A stretch of 64,000 nt of DNA from Octopus vulgaris (Eukaryota): assembly GCA_951406725.2 (NCBI GenBank), contig OX597822.1:42284001-42348000 (forward strand), written 5' to 3'. A program made the translations under genes and the position numbers. Shown piece after piece: positions 1 through 12,380 of the stretch. Below the pieces are notes generated by a model, which was not told where the DNA came from, did no database searches, and saw only the letters and a program-made list of their open reading frames with translations. Numbering within the stretch: position 1 is the first letter of the stretch; each line of letters starts with the position of its first letter.

Positions 1-9
1 AGAAGGGAA

Positions 10-245
10 ATAGATTTTCTTAAATGCCCAGAAGGCACCCTAGGAGTTGTAGATAGTTTTTGTTACCTAGATGGCCTAATTAGCAGTAGAGGAGGATGCT
101 CTGAAAGTATAGTTTTCTAGAATAAGAAAAAGATGGAGAAAGTTCAGAGAGCTATTACCTCCTTTGGTAACAAAAGGTTCCCCTCTCAGAGTGAAAGACA
201 GATTGTATAATGATTATGTATGAACATGATAGTGAGATGTGGGCC
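10..245 (+). mobile_element. RTE-clade LINE fragment (post-RT region, degenerate)
   Basis: Broken frames read VVDSFCYL..LISSRGGCSESI / WRKFRELLP.LVTKG.PLRVK.RLY, typical of RTE ORF after the RT core; related copies at 690-930 and 24400-25010. Confidence 0.75.
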
Positions 246-689
246 CTGAGATTTGTGAACATGAGACGTAGATGTTGAACAGCTTCAGTTCTCAGTCTCC
301 TCCTGTTTGTCATAAACCTCCAGACCATAACAAAGGAGTTTAAGATTGGTTGCCTATGGGAAATCCCCTATGCTAATGACTTTTTTCTTAGAGCTAAATC
401 TGTACTAGAATTGGAAATGAAATTCCAGATGAGGAACAAAACTCACAATCAAAGGCTTTTAGAGTAGCCAGAACCAAAGTTCAGATAAACCACTAATACC
501 TTCAGAAAAACAGCCCTGTTTGATATGTTGAAAAGGTGCATGTAGAAATTTCATATGGCATATCCAGCGCAAACTGTCACCACAAGAGTTGCAGTGGAAT
601 CACAGGAAGGTTGACAGAAATGTAGACTTTGAGTGCAGCAGATGTTCAGGAGTAAAAATACACCAAGAGTACAGAGAAAATTGATTTTC

Positions 690-930
690 TCAAATGCTCA
701 GGATACTGAGAGGTAGTAGATATTTTCTGGTACGTAAATGACCTAATTAGCAGTGAAAGAAGATGTTCTAAATGTATAGTTGTTAGAACAAAAACTGACT
801 GGAGAAAGTTCAGAGAGCTGTTAGTTCTGTTGGCAACAAAAGGCCTCTCTCCCAAAATGAAAGGCAGATTGTATGATGCTTGTGTGTAAAAAGCAGCTGG
901 CCCTGAATGTAGGGGACATTTGAAAGCAAG
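690..930 (+). mobile_element. RTE-clade LINE fragment, second copy
   Basis: ggagaaagttcagagagct...aacaaaaggcctctct...aaggcagattgtatgatgcttgtgtg parallels the copy at 10-245. Confidence 0.7.
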
Positions 931-3645
931 TAAGTTTTAGTCAATACCTAACTGAACTCACAACTCTTCTTTCTGCCTCATAAGGATAAATATGAATCTC
1001 CAAAATCTTACTCTACTATTTCCTTTATCAAGTCCTTTGTAAAAAAAAAAAATTGTTTATACTTCTTGCACTGATGAGTACAGTGATATATAATTAAATT
1101 AATTTAATTATTTCTATATATTGTTTTACATATATGATTCACTTTTTTAAAAAGGTTTCTCAATGTCAACTGCCGGTATTGATGTAGCAACAGTGAAATT
1201 TTCCATTTTCATTTGTGAAATCTCTCACTCTCTATTTTAATGTTTTCATTTCAAGTTTTAATTCGCTATTTGCAAACAACTACAATAAATTACTGAAAGA
1301 AATATTTACTAAGTTCACAAATTTCGCTTCAACCCACACACTTTGTTAATTTCCATAAAAAGTTTTTATTTATTTACTTTTCGTGCACTGTGTTCAGCTC
1401 TATGTATTTGCCATCAGTCACACATGCACACATGTTTTCTGTATGTACATTTGTATACATTTATGTATGTGTATGTGTGTTTGTGTGTGAAAGAGTGTGA
1501 AGGGATGTGCTGTCACGCATACGTACAAGCATAAATACATATGCATACATCTTTTTGTATGTATATGCGTGTGTGAGAGAGAGAGAGAGAGAGTGATGTC
1601 TAAATGGCACTTTCTCTCTCTCTCACACAAAAAAACATACATATTTATTTATGTACATATACATGACAACATACTCCTTCACTCTCTCTCTCACACACAC
1701 ACACACACACGCACATCCATTTCATCTGATGTTTGATACTGTATGTATATGTATGTGTGCGTGCTTCTGTGCACGTTTGCATGTGGCGTTCCACAATCGC
1801 CATTTATTTCAGTCACTCTTGTGAAGATATTCACATAACTCATTTTTCCATTTAATCCCCATTTTAATTTTCAAAAAAGTTTCTGACGATGTAGATGATC
1901 AGTATTCTACAGTGAAGCAAAGACAAGTACAGGTAGTCAGAGTCAATGTTGACTTCTGCAACTCTGTTAACTCTATTAAGTATGCTTGCAAATACATAAA
2001 CAAAGGTTTAGATGCTGCAACATACACTCTTATGCAGAATGGCAGTCAGCAGATAAATAAAAATGATGAAGTTGCGCAGTGTGACAGAGGAAGATATATT
2101 CGTACCAATGAGGCTTTTTGGCACATCTTCAATTTTCCCATTCATGAGAGGCACCCAGCCATCATTCATCTGAGTGTCCATCTAGAGAATGGCCATAGGG
2201 TTATCTTTACAAAACAGCCTTGCAACAAGCACTTTCTCCAAAAGAAACTACCCATGCTGCCTTTTTTTAAGTTGTGTCAAGTAGATGAAGATGCAAGAAA
2301 ACTCCATTACCCACAATTACCCAAGTATTACACCTGGAGTAACAATAACTGGCACAAGAGGAAAGGTGGGGGCTGATACTTTTGCAAGAGTTTACAGTGT
2401 CCACCCAAGCCAAGCAGAATGCTACTATTTACGGCCCCTTTTGCATGAAGTACATGATTCCAAATCATTTCAAGATTTGAGGAGGGTAAATGGTCATGTG
2501 TGTGAAACTTATAGGGATGCATGCTATCAACAAGGTTTCTTAGAAAATGATGAGCATTGGAACCTTGCATTGACTGAAGCATCAGTATCAGATCCTCCAA
2601 GGAAACTCGGTAACCTTTTTGCAATTATACAGAACATGTGTCAACTTGGCAGTCCCCTACAGCTTTGGATGAAATATTGTGAGGACATGGTTGAGGACTT
2701 AAAGTATGCAATTCAACAAGCAAACCCAGATATCAATATTCATTTCTCTGAAACAATTTTTGACCAAACACTGATTGAAATTGAGGATCAAATTTTGGAC
2801 ATGGGAGGCAATAATTCACAAGGGTCTGGTTCTGGTCTGCCAAAACCAAACTGTCAAATTAGTGATATAACTTCAAGAGACATAGTAATAGAGACAAATT
2901 ATAACATCACAGAGTTGGCTGCATTTGTGAATGAACATGAACCTAAACTTCTTCCAAAACTACGTTGTGCATATGATAAAATTATTTCGTCAGTCACAGA
3001 AAAAAGCAGAGGAATCTTCTTTCTTGATGCTCCTGGTAGCACAGGTAAAACATTTGTAACAACATTGCTTCTCTCCAAGGTAAGATAACAAAAAAGAATA
3101 GCAGTTGCTGTAGCATTGTCTGGCATTGCTGCCACCATTCTCCCAGGAGGATGAACAGCTCATTCTGCTTTTGAATTACTGCTAAACCTGATCACAAATG
3201 ACAGCCCAGTTTGTAAAATAAGCAGTGTTGTGCCAATGCCACCTGATCATTTGGGATGAATACGCCATGTCATACAGAGGTGGAATGGAAGCTCTTGATA
3301 AGACCTTACAGGACATCAGAGCTAACAATAAATCTATGGGAGGAGTTACATTAGTTTTATCAGGAGACTTCAAACAGACATTACCAGCCATTCCAAGATT
3401 AACAAAATCTGGTGAAATAAAAGCATGCATTAAGTCTTCACACCTACGGAATTAAGTACAGAAATTCTCCTTCAATACATAGGAACTAATGTGCAGAACA
3501 GTTTTCAACCTGGCTCCTCCAATTAGGAAATAGGAAAGTACCATTTGATGGGATTGGTGATATCAATTTGGCTTATATTGCTATCATGGTGAATTCCCCA
3601 GCTGAATTGAAGAACAGGGTATTTCCAGACTTCAGTAATAATTAT

Positions 3646-3936
3646 TGCAGCGTGGAAGGTGTTTATAAGCCATTTAAGAAATACACAAAAACCGTTAGAC
3701 TCACTTCAACATTTAAATTTAATTTGCCAAAATATTTTCGTCGCTTTGAGACCGTGACCTGTTCACTGACAAAATTCCATGCTGCACGGAATTTGGCAAA
3801 TTAAATTTAAATGTTGAAGTGAATCTAATGGCTTTTGTGTATTTCTTAAATGGCTTATAAACACTTTCTATACTGCAATTGTTTTCATTCCAGCACACAA
3901 TCTCGGATCGGGTCACTTGCTACACAAGTACATCTC
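3646..3936. mobile_element. Penelope-like inverted-repeat insertion inside the Helitron helicase, carrying a hammerhead-like motif
   Basis: Flanked by duplicated (tc)agtaataattat (3632-3645, 3935-3948); ~85-bp inverted arms (3645-3729, 3794-3878); removing it restores the frame VFPDFSNNY-NSHKWLCQRAILA; pieces recur at 32521-32596 and 62574-62713. The Penelope assignment is inferred. Confidence 0.7.
3723..3773 (-). ncRNA. Minimal type I hammerhead ribozyme-like motif, G3-C8 core variant
   Basis: Minus strand: TTTGTCA-GTGAACA-G-GTCAC-ggtctcaaa-GCGAC-GAAA-ATAT-TT-TGGCAAA; 7-bp helix I, helix II, palindromic helix III loop. Confidence 0.55.
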
Positions 3937-4825
3937 AGTAATAATTATAATTCACATAAATGGTTGTGTCAAAGGGCAATTCTTGCTCGAAAAATGAGAC
4001 AATAGCAAGGATTAACCATGAATTAATGAATAAGATTCCAACAGTCATTAAGAAATACAAATCAGTTGATTCAGTCCTTGATGAAAATCAAGCTGTCCCA
4101 TTACACAACATTCCTTAATTCTCTTGAGCTACCTGGAACTCTTCCACATTAACATTTTCTGACGGTAGGAGTCCTAATAATGCTTCTTAGAAATTTAGAT
4201 CCTCCTAAATTATACAATGGGACAAGGTTGATTGTGAAGACATTATCACCTAATGTGATACAGCTACTATCATCACTGGATGTGCCCCTGGGGAAGAGGT
4301 TTTCATTCCAAGAATTCCAATCAAACCAACAGACACGCCATTTGAGTTCAAACAAACACAATTCCCAGTGTGACTTTGCCTCACAATGTCTATTAATAAA
4401 GCTCAAGGTCAGACTTTCAAATCTACTGGCTTGCACTTAATTGAGCCTTGCTTATCTTTTATGGTCAACTTTATGTCGATTGCTCCAGGGTAGGTAGTTT
4501 CCAAGACTTATTTGTCTATGCTTCAAACTGGAAAACAAAGAAAGTTGCTCATCCAGTTCTTACATAATTTTCCTTCAACATGTAATAGAATCTATCTCCT
4601 TTCATAAAAGTGGTAAATTTTGTATTTTTGTTTTTCATTATTATTATTATCATTTTATTTATTCATTTATTTATTTTTGTATTATGAATTCAGAATTGAT
4701 TTCCCAATTGAAGAATAAATTGAATTTAGAATAACAAATTTCCATAGAACATATTTTGTTTTTTTCCTTCCAATATATAAGGAAGAATTTTATTCCCAGG
4801 CAACTCCGGGTGCCTCTGCTAGTAT

Positions 4826-5173
4826 ATATAAGGGTAAAGACATCCTTCAGTTGTGAATGACTATGGGATTGCACTTAAGAAGGTCCCCTCCGAAGCACAA
4901 GTCTAAGCAAGGTTGTTTATGGAAGACCAGCAGTTGCTCATGCATACCAGCCTCCCCTCTCCACACCACTGAAATTATCCAAGGGAGAGGGAAAGGCAAA
5001 GGCCAATACAGCTTGGCACCAGTGACATCACAACTCATTTAAACAACTGAGTGATCTGGAGCAATGTGAAATGAAGTGTCTTGCTCAAGAATGCAGCAAA
5101 CAGCCTGGTTCAAGAATTGAACTCACTAACTCATGATTGTGAACCCAACTATCTAACCACTGAGTCGTGCACC

Positions 5174-5177
<4 letters not shown>
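4826..5177 (-). mobile_element. tRNA-derived SINE with CORE-like centre
   Basis: Minus strand A-box-like gactcagtggttag, B-box-like gagttcaattc, then ttcttgagcaagacacttcatttc. Confidence 0.65.
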
Positions 5178-5206
<29 letters not shown>

Positions 5207-5805
5207 TTTGAGGTCTATTTTCCTGTTTGTATCATTAAACACACACACACACATATATATATATACAAACATAGATACATACATATAAATATATGTGCTT
5301 GTGTGTGGGTTTTGATTATTCATATAATACAGACCAATAAAAGCCAGAATGATTCCCATGATATAACTCTTTAATTGATTTAATCATTGATTAACCTGGT
5401 TGCTTGTACAGACCCTATTTATCATTGAGTATCCATATCATACCAATGTTTATGAAGACAGTTTGTGTAAATATTTCATTTGAAGGTGTGACTGATTAAA
5501 ACATGGAGAGATGACAGGGCTAAGTGGATAAGACATTGGGCAATCAACATATGATGTTTTCATATCAAATGACTGTATTTTATGTTGAAGGACACTTCAG
5601 TTTCCCCCATGGTGTACTGCCCCCTCAGCTGGAACAGTACAGCTACATGCACATAAATATCTTAGACTGAACTCAAAAAAATTGATGCCGTCGAGAGGTA
5701 GGCCCCGAAACGGCACGCATTCTCTCCTGATGACCCCATACACTTGACTTGTAGCACTTGCATGTGCAAGTTGTTTGCAAGACATCAAATACTCACCAAC
5801 ACTAC

Positions 5806-5880
5806 AACCCCTGGTTCATAGACATACTGTCATCATCATCATCACCATCATCGTGACAATATGTCTCTGAACCAGGGGTT
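5806..5880. repeat. 75-nt inverted repeat with (CAT)n loop
   Basis: aacccctggttcatagacatactgtca vs tgacaatatgtctctgaaccaggggtt: 25 of 27 positions complementary. Confidence 0.85.
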
Positions 5881-6567
5881 CTATTTTCTATAGTCAGTCT
5901 ACCACTACTACAATAGCCTCTGCTCTTCCAAATTAGCTGGTTACATACTCATACCCCCTGCAACGAGTACCCATGTCTCTCTTTTTCTTACCCCCCTCTA
6001 CCATTTTCTTCTTCATCCTCACCTCATCTTGCAATAACTTTCATCAATCTCTTCTCTCTAGCGTCACCATTTATCCCTCCCCACCCAAGTCTTTCCTGCA
6101 AATATCAACTTACAGATGCTCAAGCTAAATTTTAACCCAATCAATCTCACAAATTTTAATGGATCGTGTCATCAGCACTGTTTCTTGTGTCTAAGTCATT
6201 AAAAATACCAGAATGTTTAGACATTATAATTCATCACCTACTGATGCATATACTCAGAGATATGATGCATATATTCAGAGCTTGAACTTTACGAAACTAG
6301 TATTGTGATTAAATATTTATGTTTTTTATTTAGAACTTGTTATACATAGATCAAAGATCTGTAACAAATGTTGAAGTTTCAGGAAAGCAATCCTGAATGT
6401 GTCGAAGTTACAATTAATATAATAAACAATTCTTAAATATTTATCAAATTTATTAAATTATTATAGACTCAAAGACCAAATCAAGAAACTAGCTGAAGAA
6501 ATGAATTGTTGTCTTGTCTTTCTCAAGAACTTTGCAACGATAAAGAGAAATAAAAAGTTATACAAAC

Positions 6568-6711
6568 CTCGACGTAAGAAGGCATTTGAGATGGTAAAGT
6601 TTTAGATCTTTGTGGTGGTACACTCACAGGAATGGGCTGGTGTTGTAAGGTCATAGATTTGGCCATAGTGACAGGAGGAATTTCATTATCAAGGGTAACA
6701 CTTTCTGAATA
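6568..6711 (-). CDS. ARHGAP12: ARHGAP12/27-family RhoGAP exon (linker after WW domains); alternative in-frame donor with exon end at 6628
   Basis: Acceptor tttcttatttcag|, phase 0, YSESVTLDNEIPPVTMAKSMTLQHQPIP|gtgagt, or extended by VSVPPQRSKTLPSQMPSYVE|gtttgt; in frame with exon 11340-11420. Confidence 0.75.
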
Positions 6712-7317
6712 CTGAAATAAGAAATTTTGTGGGTTTTGTTGATCCTATCATTTGGAATCTAACACAATGTATATTGTGAATTTTCAGAAAAAAAAAAGTG
6801 GCCGCAAGCTTAGATACTGACTTTCGAGTCATGGGTTAAAACTTTGATACAGCCATAATGTTGTACTCTTAGCAAACTATCATACATGATGGGATATCTA
6901 TCATTATTAGACACTTAAACACTGACAAATGTGGTGAAGTTTCAAACTGCAGGTTTAACATTGTTGTTAGATCCAATTTTCTTTATACTGTAGTAAACAT
7001 TTCTATTCGGCATATGTCTTTTGTAAAGCATATTATACACAGGAAGATATCTCTGCAATAGTAACAATGTAACTGCATTAAAATACCATACTTGTTACAT
7101 TAATATACCATATTGCTCTTGTAACCAGTGCATATGACAAATTAACATTCAAATAGACAGAGAATGTGATGCATCCCAAAGAAGTGGAAGTTAGCTAAGG
7201 GTAAACATCACCATGATAGGGAACATACTAAAGAAGAGACATAAATGAAGTGAAGTATAAAGACAAGCAGAAATGAGAAAAAGCTCAAAAATAAGATCAC
7301 AGTGATTTATAGAAAGA

Positions 7318-7891
7318 GGATCCAAAGGTTGAGGTCAAGCTGGAAAAAGTAAGTAATGTTAAAAAAACCTTACTTTAAAATGTTCAGTTTATAAATTGAA
7401 CAAACTATATTGTAATCACCAAATTATACAAGATTATTTAAATTATTTGACACTTAAAACTTAACACTAATTTACTAAATACTATCTGTGGCTACTAATA
7501 AGTTAGTGTAGTATCCCACTGACCAGGATACTATCATAAAAATTAGGGTTTTAGGGTTAGGGTGTTAGAGTTAGGGTTTTAGGGTTAGGGTTAAGGTTTT
7601 AGGGTTAGGGTTGTCATAAATAACAGTGACAAACGGAATATACACCGCTGGAAGTTCTTGTTGACAAACAACAGCAGTAATTTTATTCAGCTGAATACAC
7701 GTCATTGATTGGTTGAAATTACCGAAATACAAGAACTTTAATATGCAATAACTTCGTAAATATAAGTTTTTCTCAAAAATGCTAACAGTAAAAGATGTTT
7801 TATATGAAACATTCTACCAGTGTCCGAAGTTTGAAAGTGTTTAATTATAAAAAATTATTTTTTAAATCTGTAGGTCAAAAGTTAAGGATCC
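7318..7891. mobile_element. Probable non-autonomous element bounded by GGATCC, with an internal telomere-like repeat
   Basis: ggatcc at both ends, aggtcaa near each end, internal TTAGGG/TTTTAGGG array; class not determined. Confidence 0.45.
7543..7612 (+). repeat. Interstitial telomere-like (TTAGGG)n / TTTTAGGG array
   Basis: ttagggttttagggttagggtgttagagttagggttttagggttagggttaaggttttagggttagggtt. Confidence 0.9.
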
Positions 7892-8483
7892 ATATAAAAT
7901 TAATAATTGTTGTCAGCTATGTATGACCAGAATCATGGTTTTGTACTCTGACCAGGGACACAGCATAACAACTGAAACAAAGATCAAACTCATGGCTATA
8001 CCAGCAATCGCTCAAATTTGTGATCTCACATCTCATGTTAAGTACACTATTTGTGTTCAGAAACAATTTCTAGACAATCATATTTCCAATAAATCAATGT
8101 GATAGGAAGACAGGTTTTAAGTAAAAAAAGTATTTTCAATATCACACTAGGACAAAAATTCCCTCTTAAGATTTGGTGAGAAAAGTTTAGAGATGTTGTG
8201 ATGTGACACAATGAAAGAATGTCATTATTATTTCTGGAACAATAGTCACTAGTGATAAATTAGTCAAACATACATATATTCATATACACACACTATTCTT
8301 AAACAAGAATAGTACTGACAGTAACTTTGAAGTTTTGACCAGTTAAGTCATTATTGGAGTCACTGACAATACTATTCTTGATAAATGATAAATTTGAATT
8401 CTATCAAAAGGTACTGAGTAATCATTCAGTTCAATGCAAAATTGTTTTTATTATAATGTAAAAACAAACATCATTACAAACAT

Positions 8484-8921
8484 GCATACATATATATATA
8501 TACATATATATATACATATATATATATATACATACGTATATATATACATACGTATATATATATATATATATACATACGTATATATATACATACGTATATA
8601 TATACATACGTATATATATATATATATACATACGTATATATATACATACGTATATATATATATATATACATACGTATATATATACATACGTATATATATA
8701 TATATATATACATACGTATATATATACATACGTATATATATACATACGTATATATATACATATATATATACAAACGTATATACATACGTATATATATACA
8801 TACGTACATATATACATACGTATATATATACATACGTATATATATACATACGTATATATATACATACGTATATATATACATACGTATATATATACATATA
8901 CATACGTATATATATACATAC

Positions 8922-8972
<51 letters not shown>

Positions 8973-9182
8973 CATACGTATATATATATACATACGTATA
9001 TATACATATACATACGTATGTATACATATATATATATATACATACGTATATATACATATATATATATATATACGTATATATATACATACGTATATATATA
9101 CATACGTATATATATACATACGTATATATATATATATATATATATACATACGTATATATATACATATATATATATACATACG

Positions 9183-9214
<32 letters not shown>

Positions 9215-9330
9215 CGTATATATATATACATACGTATATATATATACATACGTATATATATATATATACGTATATATATACATACGTATATATATATATA
9301 TATACATACGTATATATATATACATACGTA

Positions 9331-9370
<40 letters not shown>

Positions 9371-9545
9371 CATACGTATATATATATACATACGTATATA
9401 TATATATATATACATACGTATATATATATACATATATATATACATATATATATATACATACGTATATATATATACATACGTATATATATATATATATATA
9501 TATACGTATATATATATATATACATACGTATATATATATACATAC

Positions 9546-9590
<45 letters not shown>

Positions 9591-9629
9591 CATATATACA
9601 TACATATATATACGTACATATATACATAC

Positions 9630-9662
<33 letters not shown>

Positions 9663-11120
9663 CATACATATATATATACATACATATATATACATATATA
9701 TATATACATATATATATATACATACATATATATATACATACATATATACATACATATATACATACATATATACATACATATATACATACATATATACATA
9801 CATATATATATACATATATATATATACATATATATATACATACATATATACATACATATATACATACAGATATACATATATATATACATACATATATACA
9901 TATATATACATACATATATACATGCATATATATATACATATATATATACATATATATATACATACATATATACATACATATATACATACATATATACATA
10001 CATATATATATACACACATATATATATACATATATATATACATACATATATATATACACGCATATATATATACATATATATATACATACATACATACATA
10101 CATACACACATATATATATACATATATATATACATACATACATACATACATATATATATACATACATATATATATACATACATATATATATACATACATA
10201 TATATATACATACATATATATATATTTTTGATATATATACTATATATATTATAATATGTATAATATAATATATATATATACATACATATATATATACATA
10301 TATATATATACATATATATATATGCATATATATATATGCATATATATATATGCATATATATATGCATATATATATATGCATATATATATATGCATATATA
10401 TATGTATATATATATATATATATATATGCTATATATATATATGCATATATATATATGCATATATATATATGTATATATATATGCATATATATATATGCAT
10501 ATATATATGCATATATATATGCATATATATATATTATATATATATATGCATATATATATATATGCATATATATATGCATATATATATATGCATATATACA
10601 TACATACATATATATATATGCATATATACATACATATATATATATGCATATATACATACATATATATATGCATATATACATACATATATATATGCATATA
10701 TACATACATATATATATATATATGCATATATACATATATATATATATATATGCATATATATACATATATATATATATGCATATATACATATATATATATG
10801 CATATATACATACATATATATATATACATACATACACACATATATATATATATGCATATATACATATATATATGCATATATACATACACATATATATATA
10901 TACATACATACACATATATATATATACATACATACATACATACATATATATATATATACATACATACATATATATATATACATACATACATACATATATA
11001 TATATACATACATACATACATACATACATACATACATACATACATACACAAACACATTCTACTATGTGCCAGTCTATATCTGTACACACATATATACATA
11101 TGTATGTATAAATATATATC
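8484..11120. repeat. ~2.6-kb compound microsatellite (TA)n/(TACA)n/CATACG/TGCA
   Basis: Near-continuous purine/pyrimidine alternation; source of the spurious Y/I/M/C/V ORFs in the track. Confidence 0.98.
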
Positions 11121-11339
11121 TAGAGAGACAAAAAGAAGGCATATAATTATGCAAGAGATATTCCTCCACTACTAAACAAAACAATTCACACACACACAAA
11201 CACACACATAAGAATCCAATATCAAAAAAAAAGTAGACCCCAGAAAGACCAACAATATGATAATGAATGTGGTGTCAACATCAGATTATCACCAGCAGAA
11301 CCCTTGGCAGAGGGAACAACAGTGGGATGTGGTACTTAC

Positions 11340-11420
11340 CACTGGAAGATCCCATACAGATTCTGTAGAACCTTCCCTGTAGTAATAAGGTCTGCCAGTC
11401 TGATCTATAGACTGCTTCCA
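11340..11420 (-). CDS. ARHGAP12: ARHGAP12/27-family RhoGAP exon, WW domain
   Basis: Acceptor ttttccccttacag|, 81 nt phase 0, WKQSIDQTGRPYYYREGSTESVWDLPV, donor |gtaagt; W..GRPYYY..WxxP pattern as recalled for ARHGAP12. Confidence 0.88.
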
Positions 11421-11797
11421 CTGTAAGGGGAAAAGAGAGAGATTAAAGAGAGGGATAATCAGGAAGTAAGGAGAAGAAAGAAGAGAAAGAGAAAGGAGGA
11501 AAAGGAAAATGGGGGGGAAATCAAATAGTTAAAAGGGTGACAGATAGAGAATGTGAAATGGTAAAGGTGAATGGATGAAAAAAAGAGCAGATGAAAAATG
11601 CATAGATACTGAGAGAGAGAGACAGACAGGCAGGCAGAGAGTAGAGAATGCAGAAAAGTGAAAAAAAATGCAAAGAGACAGAGAGAGAGAGAAAGATGTT
11701 TAAAAACAGAGAAAACATGAAAAGATAAGTAAAATTTAAGGCATTGGCATTGAAGATGGAAAAAGTAGAGAAAATAATAGTGTAAGTTTTTATATAC

Positions 11798-11932
11798 TTT
11801 GTGGTTGGAGCTGGAATGTAAGAAAACCATCTCGCCATGACTGTCAAAGTCTTTTCTCCAACCAATGGGTATCTTCTTAGGTCCATTCTTCACTTTGTCT
11901 CCACTTGCAATCTCCTCATCAACTATATTGAT
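11798..11932 (-). CDS. ARHGAP12: ARHGAP12/27-family RhoGAP exon, degenerate WW-like segment
   Basis: Acceptor ttttattttag|, 135 nt phase 0, INIVDEEIASGDKVKNGPKKIPIGWRKDFDSHGEMVFLHSSSNHK, donor |gtatat; joins the next exon as NHK-W, like the PGW..D..G....NEKW arrangement recalled for ARHGAP12. Confidence 0.85.
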
Positions 11933-12119
11933 CTAAAATAAAACAGATATAGAAATGTCAAAAAAGACATCTAAGAAATAAAACAGATATCTAAGAGACA
12001 AAATAGATAACTAGGAGACAAAGGCATACTAGGATCAAAAAGGACAACTAGGTGGTCAAGTAAACAAAACGGAGATAGAGGAAGAAAAAGAGATATCTAT
12101 GTCAATAACAGATGTGTAA

Positions 12120-12380
12120 CATCCTCATCTTCTTCATCATCATTGTTGTTTAACATCCATTTTCCTTGCTGAAGTGAGTTGGATGGCTTCATAGGAGCTG
12201 CCAAGGCCAGGGGTTACACCAAGTTCCACAGTTTGTCTTGATTTAGTCTCTACATTTGGATGTCCTTAATGCCAACCACTTTACAGAGAGTACTGGGTGG
12301 TTTTTACAAGGCACCATCACCAGTGCTTTTTACGTGATATCATCACCAGTGCTTTTTATGTGGTACCATCACCAGTATGC
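12120..12380 (-). mobile_element. Diverged RTE 3'UTR/tail-family copy
   Basis: catcatcat...tttaacatccattttcc...aatgccaaccactttacagag...gtgctttt repeats; same family as 57201-57893. Confidence 0.65.

Larger units (their letters stand above)
1912..4565 (+). pseudogene. Helitron Rep/PIF1-like helicase (RepHel) pseudogene with frameshifts, stops and an insertion
   Basis: Rep motif SIKYACKYINKG; EAFWHIFNFPIHERHP; Walker A FFLDAPGSTGKTF; LIIWDE; LSGDFKQTLP; MLLRNLDPPKLYNGTRL; SINKAQGQT; GQLYVDCSRVG, spread over several frames. Confidence 0.92.
1900..4822 (+). mobile_element. Decayed autonomous Helitron (5' end not located)
   Basis: RepHel coding remnants followed by subterminal hairpin cccagg-caac-tccggg (4795-4810) and CTAG (4819-4822) followed by T. 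Confidence 0.9.

Noticed and set aside
1071-1090. CTGATGA hammerhead core (also near 47108)
   Set aside because: No GAAA box or pairing helices nearby
1912-4565. Domesticated PIF1-like host gene
   Set aside because: Multiple stops, frameshifts, an insertion and a Helitron 3' terminus indicate a dead transposon
6467-6593. Plus-strand AG...GT-bounded open frame LKDQIKKLAEEM...
   Set aside because: Overlaps the better-supported minus-strand RhoGAP exon extension and has no partner exons or homology
8431-11175. Long ORFs of 170-880 aa on both strands
   Set aside because: Translations of a stop-free microsatellite with only Y/I/M/C/V/H/T/A/R residues
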